Positions 16,966-26,619 of a DNA stretch of 64,000 bases are shown in pieces. Positions within the stretch are counted from its first letter, which is position 1. Each line of letters opens with the position of its first letter. Under the pieces are notes generated by a model. It was given only the letters and a program-made list of their open reading frames with translations. It searched no databases and was not told where the DNA came from. Origin of the DNA: an uncultured Gammaproteobacteria bacterium (lineage in GTDB: Bacteria; Patescibacteriota; Patescibacteriia; UBA9934); NCBI GenBank assembly GCA_964344415.1, contig CAYFMS010000002.1:142-64141 (forward strand). The letters run 5' to 3'. The translations under genes and the position numbers were made by a program.

Positions 16966-19341
16966 ATGAATATACTTGCGAGCTACAATTGGATTAAGGA
17001 ATATTTGAAAACGGATCAGTCGGTTGAAACATTTGCTTCTGAAATGAGTTTGAAATCCATGTCCGTGGAAGAGATTATTGATTTGAAGAAAAAATTTGAT
17101 GGAATGGTCATTGGTTTTGTGGATGAGATAAAAGATCATCCAAATGCCGACAAACTCAAAATCGCTGTAACAAATATCGGAGATAAACAAGTGGACATTG
17201 TTTGTGGTGGTATGAACCTGAAACAAGGGCAGCGTGTTGTAGTTACGCTTCCTGGGTCAAAAGTTCGTTGGCACGGGGAAGGTGACCTTATTGAATTGAA
17301 AGAAACAGAAATCCGCGGTGCAAAAAGTTATGGAATGATCTGTGCGGGTGCGGAGGTTGGTTTTGAAAAAGCGCATACGGGAGAAAAAGATATTTGGGAT
17401 TTGACTGATATCACAGATGCCGAGCCAGGAACTCCATTTTCAAAAGCATTCGATATGGAGGATTATTTGATGGACATCGAGGTAACAACGAATCGATCAG
17501 ATAGCATGAATATTATTGGGCTTGCGCGTGAAGCGGGAGTTGCTACCGATGGAGAATTTGTTCATGAACCAAATAAGCTTCCAGCTGGAGGCACTGGGAA
17601 AGATTTGAAAGTGGATATTCAGGAAAAGGATCTCTGCCCGCGATATATGGCGGTTGTCATTGATGGAATAAAGGTTGGTCCATCGCCGGCATGGCTTCAG
17701 AGGAAAATTCTTCTATCCGGACATCGGCCGATCAATAATATTGTCGATATTACAAATTTGATTTTGCATGAGTATGGGCAGCCGCTTCATGCATTTGATT
17801 ATGACAAATTAAAAGATGGAACGATTATTGTGCGTCGCGCAAATGACGGTGAGAAATTTGTGGCACTTGATGAAAAAGAATATGAGCTTGCATCCTCGAA
17901 TTTGGTTATTGCAGATGCCGAGAAATCAGTAGCCCTCGCGGGAATTATGGGAGGACTTGATTCTGGTACATGGAATGAAACGACGACTATTGTGTTCGAG
18001 GCGGCCACATTCGATGCATTGACAACACGAAAAACAGCAAGATCTCTCAATCTTTATTCGGATTCTCAATCAATGTTCGAGAAGGGGCTTTCAACCGAGT
18101 CTCCAGAATCAGCTCTGGCTCGCGCGGTGGAGTTAACACTTGAAATAGCTGGAGGGCAGGTTGCGAGTCAGGTGATCGATATTCGGAAAGAAGAGTATCA
18201 GCCACTACATTTCCCAATCAATCATGACCATATGCGTCGTATTATCGGTGTTGATATTCCGGATGAAGATCAAATCGATATTCTGAAAAAGCTTGGCTTC
18301 ACTGTGAGCGGCGGGGAAGTCACGGTTCCGTATTGGCGAGATCATGACATTGAGCATAGCGTCGATTTTGCAGAGGAAATTGCGCGCATGTATGGATATC
18401 ACAATATTCCATCGAAGCTTCCGTCCGGCCAATTATCCTTGCAGCAAAAAGATCAGAATTTGAAATGGGAGGGTTGGATGAAGCGACAATTGCAGGCCGC
18501 GGGATATACGGAATTTTTCAGCTACTCATTTATTGGTGAGGATGAATTCCGCAAATATGATTTAGATACGGACGATGCAGTGAAGATTTATAATCCGTTA
18601 TCGAGTGATTTGACGCATATGCGAACATCGCTTATGCCGTCGCTCCTTTCGAGTATTGCACAGAATCAGAAGCATACGCCTGCCGGTAGGGTTTTTGAAA
18701 TCGCAAGGATTTATGAGGCGGTTTCTGGCAATTTACCAAATGAGTTAACGCATGTCGTTATTGCAAAATTTGGACCAGGTAATTCCCTTGATGATTTTCG
18801 AGAACTGAAAGGCATTGTCGATATGTTGAATCGGGATACGGGCCTTGCGCTCACATTGCACCGAATTAACGATGACCCTTATTGGCATGCATCGCGCAGT
18901 GCAGAAATAAAACATGATGGGCGGCGTATTGGTGTTATCGGGCAAGTCGCGGATGAATATCAAAAACAATTCGGCATTGATTATCCTGTGATGGTTTTAC
19001 AGATGGATCTCGAGGCAATTATACCGTCTATGGTTGAAACGCGTTATTATGAAGTGCTGCCTGAGTACCCAGCCGTACGTCGTGATATTGCTCTACTCGT
19101 CGATAAAACGGCTGAGTTCGAATCGGTGAAAAATCTATTCAAGGCAGAGTCTACACTTCTTGAATCAGTTGATCTTGTAGAGATTTATGAAGGGAAGGGA
19201 ATAGAAAATGGTAAGAAGAGCATGACGCTTGGATTGAAGCTCCGTTCGGCAGATAAGACGCTTGCATCTGAAGAAGTCGACGCTGAAATGAAAAAGTTTG
19301 AATCAGTGGCAACGGAAAAGCTCGGAGCGGAGGTGCGATAG
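16966..19341 (+). CDS. pheT: phenylalanine--tRNA ligase beta subunit
   Basis: 791 aa; tRNA-binding N-domain, B3/B4, B5 and FDX-ACB-like C-terminus; immediately after pheS apart from the insertion. Confidence 0.9.
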   Translation: MNILASYNWIKEYLKTDQSVETFASEMSLKSMSVEEIIDLKKKFDGMVIGFVDEIKDHPNADKLKIAVTNIGDKQVDIVCGGMNLKQGQRVVVTLPGSKVRWHGEGDLIELKETEIRGAKSYGMICAGAEVGFEKAHTGEKDIWDLTDITDAEPGTPFSKAFDMEDYLMDIEVTTNRSDSMNIIGLAREAGVATDGEFVHEPNKLPAGGTGKDLKVDIQEKDLCPRYMAVVIDGIKVGPSPAWLQRKILLSGHRPINNIVDITNLILHEYGQPLHAFDYDKLKDGTIIVRRANDGEKFVALDEKEYELASSNLVIADAEKSVALAGIMGGLDSGTWNETTTIVFEAATFDALTTRKTARSLNLYSDSQSMFEKGLSTESPESALARAVELTLEIAGGQVASQVIDIRKEEYQPLHFPINHDHMRRIIGVDIPDEDQIDILKKLGFTVSGGEVTVPYWRDHDIEHSVDFAEEIARMYGYHNIPSKLPSGQLSLQQKDQNLKWEGWMKRQLQAAGYTEFFSYSFIGEDEFRKYDLDTDDAVKIYNPLSSDLTHMRTSLMPSLLSSIAQNQKHTPAGRVFEIARIYEAVSGNLPNELTHVVIAKFGPGNSLDDFRELKGIVDMLNRDTGLALTLHRINDDPYWHASRSAEIKHDGRRIGVIGQVADEYQKQFGIDYPVMVLQMDLEAIIPSMVETRYYEVLPEYPAVRRDIALLVDKTAEFESVKNLFKAESTLLESVDLVEIYEGKGIENGKKSMTLGLKLRSADKTLASEEVDAEMKKFESVATEKLGAEVR

Positions 19342-19394
19342 TGGCATACAGTTTTTCTTTCTACTAACTACGTACTGCGCTATAATCCAAATAT

Positions 19395-19673
19395 ATGATC
19401 GAAGCAAAAGAAATTTTATTTATTGTGCTTGCGTTCTGTGCGCTGTGGGTTACATTATTTTTCTGCTGGTTTGTGTATCAAATTGCAAGAGCGATTCGAC
19501 AGGTAAATACGGTGCTGAGCGAGGTGCGCGACCATTTAGCAAGGCTGGAAGAGACAATAACAGGCTTTCGCGGTCGATTCGGTGATGGAGCAACAAATCT
19601 TGGGAAAATGGCGGTGCATATAAAACATTTCATAGATGGATGGAAGGGGAGTAAGAAGAATGGGCAAGAATAG
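19395..19673 (+). CDS. small membrane protein (DUF948-like topology: N-terminal TM plus coiled coil)
   Basis: 92 aa; single N-terminal TM LFIVLAFCALWVTLFFCWFV. Confidence 0.4.
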   Translation: MIEAKEILFIVLAFCALWVTLFFCWFVYQIARAIRQVNTVLSEVRDHLARLEETITGFRGRFGDGATNLGKMAVHIKHFIDGWKGSKKNGQE

Positions 19674-19894
19674 TTGCTCATTTTTTCTATTTTGCGCTAT
19701 TCTGGATTTAGGAGGTGAATAATGACCCCGCTTCACTTGCGCCGGAATGCGCGGCGCACTTGGAAAAAAGTGTCGCCTTTTGTGGTGACGGCAGCATGCA
19801 TTGCCCTCGTGCTTGTCCCGGCCATCAGCCGGTCCCTATTCGTCGATGTCGACTATTCATGAGATATGTTTCGAGACCGGCGATTTTTATTTCA

Positions 19895-19920
19895 TCAAAA
19901 AAAGCGCAGTTTTGCGCTTT
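19895..19920 (-). terminator. rho-independent terminator after the MOSC gene
   Basis: aaagcgcagttttgcgcttt hairpin with T7 on the minus strand. Confidence 0.6.
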
Positions 19921-19945
19921 ACGGAAATTGTATTGGTGCCTTCAT

Positions 19946-20497
19946 TTACTCGAAGACGGGTCGGAATGATGGTTTGCGTGGTGGTTTGGGGATCTCAATT
20001 CCGACACGGAGCATCCCGCTCGTCATCACTTCAGCGATCAGGCCACCGCGCCCCATCATGACCTTGCCGAAATCTGGCAAATCATGTTGGCCGGTGCGCC
20101 CAAGGTTCGAGGGGCGTGCGCAAGGGTCGCAATATGCAACGCCACGGAATTGAACGTCACCGATGACGAAGGGACGGCCAAGAAGCCACATCAGATCAAC
20201 TCCCTCCGTGACAAGATTTCGCCTGGAAAACTCAGCGGGGTAATTCACCGCCGCCAAATCCTCCGCACTGATCAGTGTCACCTGTCGTCGTCCGGGCTTT
20301 TCTTTGTTGACATAGCTCCCAGTGCCAATTGCGTATCGGTCATTTTGCAAACCAGCACCAGCAATTGCCAGCACTTCATGCTGACTAATCATGGGTTCTC
20401 CGGCCCCTGGACTCGTATAGATTTTTTTAAGTCTACCAATCATCGTTGTTACCTCCGCTGCCGTTATATTACATTTATTCCACATAGGCAAATCCAT
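19946..20497 (-). CDS. MOSC domain-containing protein (YiiM-like)
   Basis: 183 aa; MOSC hallmarks GLQNDRY, RQVTLISAEDL, NLVTEGVDL, conserved Cys in GVAYCDPCARP; lies in a GC-rich island; GGAGGT RBS; own terminator 19895-19920. Confidence 0.65.
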   Translation of the reverse strand: MDLPMWNKCNITAAEVTTMIGRLKKIYTSPGAGEPMISQHEVLAIAGAGLQNDRYAIGTGSYVNKEKPGRRQVTLISAEDLAAVNYPAEFSRRNLVTEGVDLMWLLGRPFVIGDVQFRGVAYCDPCARPSNLGRTGQHDLPDFGKVMMGRGGLIAEVMTSGMLRVGIEIPKPPRKPSFRPVFE

Positions 20498-20523
20498 CGT
20501 ATATGCTAATATGATTTCGATAT

Positions 20524-23500
20524 TTGACTATGAACCCTCAGGATTTTGTACATCTCCATGTGCATTCCCATTTTTCACTTCTGGAAGCTCTGCCATCGCC
20601 AAAGGCATTGATTGCAAGGGCGAAAGAGCAGGGAATGAACGCCATCGCCATGACAGATAATGGGGCTCTTTATGGTGCGGTGAGTTTTTATCAGGCGGCG
20701 CAGGCCGAGGGGATAAAACCAATTATCGGGCTCGATGCTTTTATCGCTCAGAATCGTATGACGGATAAGCGAGCTCGAATTGACGATCGCCCGTATCGAT
20801 TAACGCTACTTGCTTTAAATGAAGCGGGCTATAAGAATTTGATGAAAATTACGACGGCGGGATTCTTGGAGGGCTTCTACTACAAGCCAAGGGTTGATCA
20901 TGAATTTCTTGCTGAACACTGCGAGGGGCTTGTGGCTCTTTCAGGGGGGCTTCGCGGCGAAATACCTAGCTATCTTGCTGAAGACAATGACACGAAAGCG
21001 GAAGAAATTGCCTTGAAGTATCGGGACATGTTTGGTGAGGAGAATTTTTATCTCGAAATCATCCATCATCCAGATTTTGGGCGCCAAATTGACATCAATA
21101 ATAAGGTGATCGAGTTGTCAAAAAAGACAGGCATTCCTCTTGTTGCTACTCGAAATATTTTTTACTTAAATCCTGAAGAGCGGGATGGGTATGAAGCGCA
21201 GCTCTGTATTCAACGCGGAAGAACGCTCGAAAATTTTCGTCAAACCAATACGCAGGATGTTGATTTATCCTTTGGCGAGCTTGAGAGCATTTTTGAATAT
21301 TTTAAAGACCAGCCAGAGGCGCTTGAAAACACCCGCCGCATTGCCGATCGTGTGAATTTTGAAATGGATTTAGGGAATGCGTATTTGCCTATTTTTCCAA
21401 TGCCGGAAGGGAAGACAGATGATGACTATCTCTATGAATTGACGCTTGAAGGGCTTAAGAATCGCTATGGAGATGAATTGAGCACTGAAGTAAAGGAGCG
21501 ATTTGAATTTGAATTTTCCGTGATTAAGAAAATGGGATATTCGTCCTATTTCATTATCGTCCAAGATTTTGTGAATTTTGCGAAAGAACGTGGGATTTTG
21601 GTGGGACCTGGCCGAGGTTCGGCCGCCGGATCGATTATTTCCTATGCTCTGAAAATTACGGATATCGACCCACTTGAATATGGACTTCTTTTCGAGAGAT
21701 TTCTTAATCCGGACCGTATCTCGATGCCTGATGTCGACATGGACTTCGCCGATTCCCGCCGCGGAGAAGTCTTGGAATATGTAAAAGAAAAATACGGTGA
21801 GGATAAAGTGGCTGGAATTATTACATTTGGAACCATGAAGCCAAAGGCTGCCGTGCGTGATGCTGCGCGTGTGCTTGGCTTGTCATTTGCGGAAGCGGAC
21901 TTGATTGCAAAAGCGGTGCCGGATCCCGTTCTTGGTCGTCACACCCCGCTCAAAATTGCGATTGATAAGGCTCCAGATTTGCGAGATCTTTATCATGGAA
22001 ATTCCATGGCTCGTGATGTGATCGATCTTGCGATGAAAATCGAGGGAAATCCGCGCCACTCATCCCAACATGCCTGCGGTTTTGTGATTGGTGATGTTCC
22101 GCTTATCGAACGCAGTCCAATTCAAGCGGGTCAGCGTGAGGATACGGCTTATGTCACGCAGTATTCGCTTAACTCTGCCGAATCGGTTGGATTGGTAAAA
22201 ATGGACTTTCTTGGACTTTCAAACCTTACGATTATTCAAGATGCTCTTGAAATCATTGATGCAGTTCATAATGTAAAAGTTGACATCGAGCATGTGCCAC
22301 TTGATGACAAAAAAACATTTGAATTACTTGGTCGTGGTGATACAACAGGTGTCTTTCAGCTGGAATCCGATGGAATGAAGCGATACATTAAGGAACTCAA
22401 GCCCTCGCATATTGAAGATATTATTGCGATGGTGTCGCTATACCGTCCTGGACCATTGTCGGCCGGGATGGTGCCGCAATATATCAATCGAAAGCATGGG
22501 CGTGAAAAGGTTCGATATGACCATCCGATGATGAAGGAAATTCTCGAGGAGACATATGGTGTGACAGTGTATCAGGAGCAAATCATGAAAATTTCCCGCA
22601 AATTGGCCGGGTTTACGGCTGGTCAAGCAGATACACTTCGAAAGGCGATGGGGAAGAAAAAGCATGAGGTTCTTGAAAAAATGTACGGCGATTTTGCAAG
22701 TGGTTGCGAGGGGAATGGCGTGCCAAAAAAGACGGCCGAAAAGATTTGGAATGACTGGAAGGGATTTGCCGATTATGCTTTTAATAAATCTCATGCGGCT
22801 TGTTATGCAATGATTGCGTATCGGACGGCGTACTTGAAGGCGCATTATCCAGCTGAATTCATGGCGGCGCTTATGAATTCGGACATGAATACGATTGACC
22901 GTATTACAATCGAGGTCGAGGAAGCAAAGCAAATGGGAATTGAGGTGTTACCACCGGATGTAAATGAATCATTCCCCGGTTTTGCAGTTGTGCCAGAAAC
23001 GGAAAATATTCGCTGGGGATTGGGAGCGGTGAAGAATTTTGGTTATGAGGCAGCGCGAATGCTTCGTGAAGAGCGCAAAGAAAATGGCCCCTTCGAAGAT
23101 CTTGCTGATTTTCTAACAAGGCTCGACACAAAGGTCGTCAATAAGAAGAATTTAGATGCACTTATAAAATCAGGCGCCTTGGATCGCTTTTCGGATCGAT
23201 CAACACTTATTGCAAATATGGACCAACTTTTGCAATTCAATAAGCAGGTTCGTAAGGATCAGGAGCAAAATCAGGTTTCACTATTTGATCTTTCGCCGAA
23301 TATGGCGACGTTTACACTTAAATTGCGAAAGGCAAAGGAATTGTCGCTTAGTGATTTGCTTGCCTGGGAGCGTGAATTACTCGGGCTATATGTATCCTCT
23401 CATCCGGGTGATTTATTTACAGATGAGATGAAAAAACGCGTCGCAACATCAGAAAGTCTGGAGAAATGTGAAGAAGGAGCCATTGTGAAAATGATTGGGG

Positions 23501-24045
23501 TCATTAGCGATGTGAAGCGCATTCTTACCAAAAAGGACCAAAAACCAATGGCATTTGTAAAAATTGAGGACTGGACAGGCGCTACTGAGGTGGTTGTATT
23601 TCCAAAAACGTATGCAAAATACAATCTAAAATTAGAAGTTAATCAATATGTCGCTTTGCAGGGGAAGGTGAGTATTCGCGAGCGAGGGGATGGAAATGAA
23701 TGGTCACTGCTTCTTGATTCACTTATTCCATTTGAAGATTCAGATATCGATAAAGTCGAACAGATGCTTATGAGCGGAGCGTGGATTGAGGATGGATTCA
23801 AAGAAGAAGAGGTCGAGGATTTTTCAGATTTTGGTATAAAAATAACTGTTCCAGAGCAACCAACACAAAAAATGATCACAGATTTGCGTGAGTTATTTCA
23901 ATCCGCCCCAGGGAGAGAGCCTGTGTATCTGATTGTTGAATCTGGAGGCAGAAAGCGACGCGTCACAACAGAATTCAGCATTGAGCGCAGTCAGGGAATC
24001 ATTCAAAAAATTGCCAATATTGTCGGGCAAGAAAATGTCGCCTAA
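20524..24045 (+). CDS. dnaE: DNA polymerase III alpha subunit
   Basis: 1173 aa; N-terminal PHP domain (HLHVHSHFSLLEA), polymerase core, OB-fold region. Confidence 0.92.
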   Translation: MTMNPQDFVHLHVHSHFSLLEALPSPKALIARAKEQGMNAIAMTDNGALYGAVSFYQAAQAEGIKPIIGLDAFIAQNRMTDKRARIDDRPYRLTLLALNEAGYKNLMKITTAGFLEGFYYKPRVDHEFLAEHCEGLVALSGGLRGEIPSYLAEDNDTKAEEIALKYRDMFGEENFYLEIIHHPDFGRQIDINNKVIELSKKTGIPLVATRNIFYLNPEERDGYEAQLCIQRGRTLENFRQTNTQDVDLSFGELESIFEYFKDQPEALENTRRIADRVNFEMDLGNAYLPIFPMPEGKTDDDYLYELTLEGLKNRYGDELSTEVKERFEFEFSVIKKMGYSSYFIIVQDFVNFAKERGILVGPGRGSAAGSIISYALKITDIDPLEYGLLFERFLNPDRISMPDVDMDFADSRRGEVLEYVKEKYGEDKVAGIITFGTMKPKAAVRDAARVLGLSFAEADLIAKAVPDPVLGRHTPLKIAIDKAPDLRDLYHGNSMARDVIDLAMKIEGNPRHSSQHACGFVIGDVPLIERSPIQAGQREDTAYVTQYSLNSAESVGLVKMDFLGLSNLTIIQDALEIIDAVHNVKVDIEHVPLDDKKTFELLGRGDTTGVFQLESDGMKRYIKELKPSHIEDIIAMVSLYRPGPLSAGMVPQYINRKHGREKVRYDHPMMKEILEETYGVTVYQEQIMKISRKLAGFTAGQADTLRKAMGKKKHEVLEKMYGDFASGCEGNGVPKKTAEKIWNDWKGFADYAFNKSHAACYAMIAYRTAYLKAHYPAEFMAALMNSDMNTIDRITIEVEEAKQMGIEVLPPDVNESFPGFAVVPETENIRWGLGAVKNFGYEAARMLREERKENGPFEDLADFLTRLDTKVVNKKNLDALIKSGALDRFSDRSTLIANMDQLLQFNKQVRKDQEQNQVSLFDLSPNMATFTLKLRKAKELSLSDLLAWERELLGLYVSSHPGDLFTDEMKKRVATSESLEKCEEGAIVKMIGVISDVKRILTKKDQKPMAFVKIEDWTGATEVVVFPKTYAKYNLKLEVNQYVALQGKVSIRERGDGNEWSLLLDSLIPFEDSDIDKVEQMLMSGAWIEDGFKEEEVEDFSDFGIKITVPEQPTQKMITDLRELFQSAPGREPVYLIVESGGRKRRVTTEFSIERSQGIIQKIANIVGQENVA

Positions 24046-24047
24046 TG

Positions 24048-24115
24048 TTATCCCCACCAAGGTTTAACCTTGATGTGGATAACTACCGTTCAAGGTTAAA
24101 CCTTGCTGTGGATAA
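24048..24115. repeat. composite repeat D: TTATCCCCA, TGTGGATAA, TGTGGATAA interleaved with two CAAGGTT(T)AAACCTTG palindromes
   Basis: Read directly between the dnaE stop and the start of gene 24120. Confidence 0.8.
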
Positions 24116-24119
24116 GTAA

Positions 24120-25289
24120 GTGAAATATAATAAGAATATGAGCAGAGCCAGAAAACCTCTTTCACGGTCACTTCGCGTGTATCAGCGCGCGGCTGTTGTA
24201 TTTGTTGTGCTTTCATTCTTGCTTTTGATCGCAGTACTGTACTTATCTGTCTCGCAGGCAACCATTCGAATCAATCCAAAACCGGAAATTATTCAGACGA
24301 CATTTGAGTTATCTCTTGTTGATAATGTGCAGCGCGAGGGCCAAATCGCAGGCCTCCTTACTCAGCAGGAGGTGACAAAGTCGAAAAGCTTTACATTGCC
24401 AGAAGAGGGGGCGAGTGCTGTTGAGTCTAAAGCCACAGGTTTTGTGACGCTTATCAATGAAACAGGTAGCGATCAGCCACTTGTAGCAACAACACGATTG
24501 CTGGCAGAAAATGGAATTTTATTCAGGCTTGATGATGCCGTCACAATTCCGGCAAATGGTGAGGTCATCGCTAAGGCTTCCGCCGATCAACCTGGTTTAA
24601 CGGGTGAGATTGATGCGACACGATTCACTATTCCGGGCCTCAATGTCACAAAGCAATCTTCAATTTACGCTGTAAGCTCTGAAAAAATGACGGGCGGTAT
24701 TCAATATGTGCGTGTATTGACGCAAGCAGATATTGATAGCGCAACACAGCAATTAAAACAGGAAATGCTCAATGATGTCATGAATGAATTACTTGCGGGT
24801 GCAGATGAAAGCGTCTTTGATGGTAAAGGTTTTGGTGTTGAATTGAGCACCGTTCAATCCGATACGGAAGTTGGATCTGAAACGGGCGTATTTTCTTTAA
24901 CAGCAACGGGAATGGTAACGGGCGCGCTGTATTCTACGGAATCGGTAGAGGTGTATGCTACAGATCAATTAGCAGCCGAAGTTCAAGACGGATTTCAACT
25001 TGCTAAGACGAATATAGATGGCTTGCAAGTTACAATTGAACAAACAGATATCGAAAAGGGAATCGCGCAAGCAAGTGTATATATTGATGGAATTTCTGTT
25101 ATTTCAGAGAAAAATGATTTGCTGGATAAATCTCGATTCGCTGGCCAGTCGCCACAAGCGGTTAAAACGATGTTGAATGTCCCTGAAGTGATCGAGGATA
25201 TTTCAGTTAGTTTTCAGCCATTCTGGCTCAAGCGCGTACCAACGCTTAAGGATCACATTAAAATTGTGATTGTAACAAGGGGATTATAA
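24120..25289 (+). CDS. hypothetical membrane-anchored protein
   Basis: 389 aa; N-terminal TM (AAVVFVVLSFLLLIAVLYL); GTG at 24120 or ATG at 24138; DnaA-box-like cluster ends at the start codon. Confidence 0.5.
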   Translation: MKYNKNMSRARKPLSRSLRVYQRAAVVFVVLSFLLLIAVLYLSVSQATIRINPKPEIIQTTFELSLVDNVQREGQIAGLLTQQEVTKSKSFTLPEEGASAVESKATGFVTLINETGSDQPLVATTRLLAENGILFRLDDAVTIPANGEVIAKASADQPGLTGEIDATRFTIPGLNVTKQSSIYAVSSEKMTGGIQYVRVLTQADIDSATQQLKQEMLNDVMNELLAGADESVFDGKGFGVELSTVQSDTEVGSETGVFSLTATGMVTGALYSTESVEVYATDQLAAEVQDGFQLAKTNIDGLQVTIEQTDIEKGIAQASVYIDGISVISEKNDLLDKSRFAGQSPQAVKTMLNVPEVIEDISVSFQPFWLKRVPTLKDHIKIVIVTRGL

Positions 25290-25305
25290 AAAAACCGCCC
25301 GCACG

Positions 25306-25578
25306 TTATTCGGGGCGATTGAGAGCAGGGCGACGTACTTGGGCCCCTTGCGCGCGGTTGTCGAATTCCTGAAGCTCAGCTTCCTCGATGCGATAAACAG
25401 CATCGAGATGCTTTTCTCGCAGTAGTCGAATCAACCGGATAATCATTTCATCCGGTAATTGCTCCAGAAGCTTCATTTCGAACTCAGAAAGAATATTTTC
25501 TACGGCCGGAACGCCGATGGAAAGAGCGTCCGGATTGAGCCATCTTCCAAGTCTCGTAACATATTTTCGCTTTGCCAC
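25306..25578 (-). CDS. small hypothetical protein, paralog A of a tandem pair (possible HTH)
   Basis: Start placed at GTG preceded by AAAGGAG 5 nt upstream (within the 129-aa ORF); about 90 aa; paralogous to 25671..25916. Confidence 0.4.
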   Translation of the reverse strand: MAKRKYVTRLGRWLNPDALSIGVPAVENILSEFEMKLLEQLPDEMIIRLIRLLREKHLDAVYRIEEAELQEFDNRAQGAQVRRPALNRPE

Positions 25579-25670
25579 CACATCTCCTTTTCTGCAATGG
25601 TTGGCGTTAATATACATAGCAAATATATGTATGTAAAGAAAAATGCTGCTCGGCGACATGACGGTGACGG

Positions 25671-25916
25671 TCATGGCTTTGCAGCTCGATTGCACGCAAC
25701 GTTCCCATTACTGGGATGGATGATGCGGCAAATGGCACGATGTTTGAGCACCGATGCCTTCAGGAGTTCGAGAATGACGTCCTCATCCAGTTCCATCAAC
25801 TGATGAAGTGTTCGATCGCTCAGCAAACATTCGCTATTGGCGAGTCCAACAATGAGCGAGCTGGAATTGAGGCAATTCCCCAGGAGGCGAATGCGGCCAG
25901 CATGTTTCTTATTCAT
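25671..25916 (-). CDS. small hypothetical protein, paralog B of a tandem pair (possible HTH)
   Basis: 81 aa from internal ATG preceded by AAGGAGG 5 nt upstream; shares the pattern LSxxxxxxLxELxDExIxxLL with paralog A. Confidence 0.45.
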   Translation of the reverse strand: MNKKHAGRIRLLGNCLNSSSLIVGLANSECLLSDRTLHQLMELDEDVILELLKASVLKHRAICRIIHPSNGNVACNRAAKP

Positions 25917-26240
25917 GATTCCTCCTTTGTGTAGGTCTTCATTCAGCGTAGCAACTTGCAGAAAAATGGTCAAAACTTGCGAAATAAAACATATTTTGTA
26001 CAATGATTTCATCACGACGATGGGGAGTAACGAACCCTTGAGTGCCGTGCCAAGCGGATCTTGGCAGAATTGAGTGATGCTATTTAGAGAAAAGAATGGC
26101 ATAACTCGGGTGGAACCGTCGAGCCAAGCTCGATCCCGAGATAATCTCGCATAAAGATGCGGGACTAATCTCGGTTTTTTGTTTAACGGAAAGTTCAACA
26201 TGTTGAAATGTTGAATCACTCGCTACGCTCACTTGTTCAT

Positions 26241-26597
26241 ATGAGATTCAATTATGAGAATTTAACAGTCGTTCAAGAGATTCGTAGTTTAATCCGTCTG
26301 GTATACGAACTTACGAAAATACTTCCATATGATGAGCGCAGAAATCTAAAAAGTCAGCTCCAACGTTCCGCGACGTCAGTACTACTAAACATTGCGGAAG
26401 GCAGTTCTCGGCAGAGCAGAAAGGAGTTCGCGCGGTTTATCAATATAAGTATTGGATCACTTGTGGAAGTGGACGCCATACTGAATATTATGGAAGATGT
26501 GAAGTACTTATCTCCCGACGCTCGTTCGCAAATTGATCCCCTGATACAGTCCATATACTTTAAACTTGTAGCACTAAGAAAATCTCAAACACATTAA
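26241..26597 (+). CDS. four helix bundle protein (second copy)
   Basis: Pattern NLTVVQEIRSLIRLVYELTKILPYDERRNLKSQLQRSATSVLLNIAEGSSRQSRKEFARF matches the family. The ORF begins at 26208, but ATG 26241 gives a family-typical N-terminus. Confidence 0.7.
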   Translation: MRFNYENLTVVQEIRSLIRLVYELTKILPYDERRNLKSQLQRSATSVLLNIAEGSSRQSRKEFARFINISIGSLVEVDAILNIMEDVKYLSPDARSQIDPLIQSIYFKLVALRKSQTH

Positions 26598-26619
26598 ACA
26601 ATTTTAACAATTTGAACAT

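Noticed and set aside
19715-20509. Multiple overlapping ORFs on both strands in the MOSC island (19715..19969, 19801..20061, 19866..20153, 20084..20509)
   Set aside because: High-GC DNA generates long open frames on all strands. Only the minus-strand frame shows conserved MOSC motifs, an RBS and a terminator.
26100-26207. Inverted repeats flanking the second four-helix-bundle gene, analogous to those around the first
   Set aside because: Only short unrelated palindromes (ttcaacatgttgaa; gagataatctc) are present. No TAGCTTGTAGGT-type pair, so cassette-like flanks cannot be claimed for this copy.
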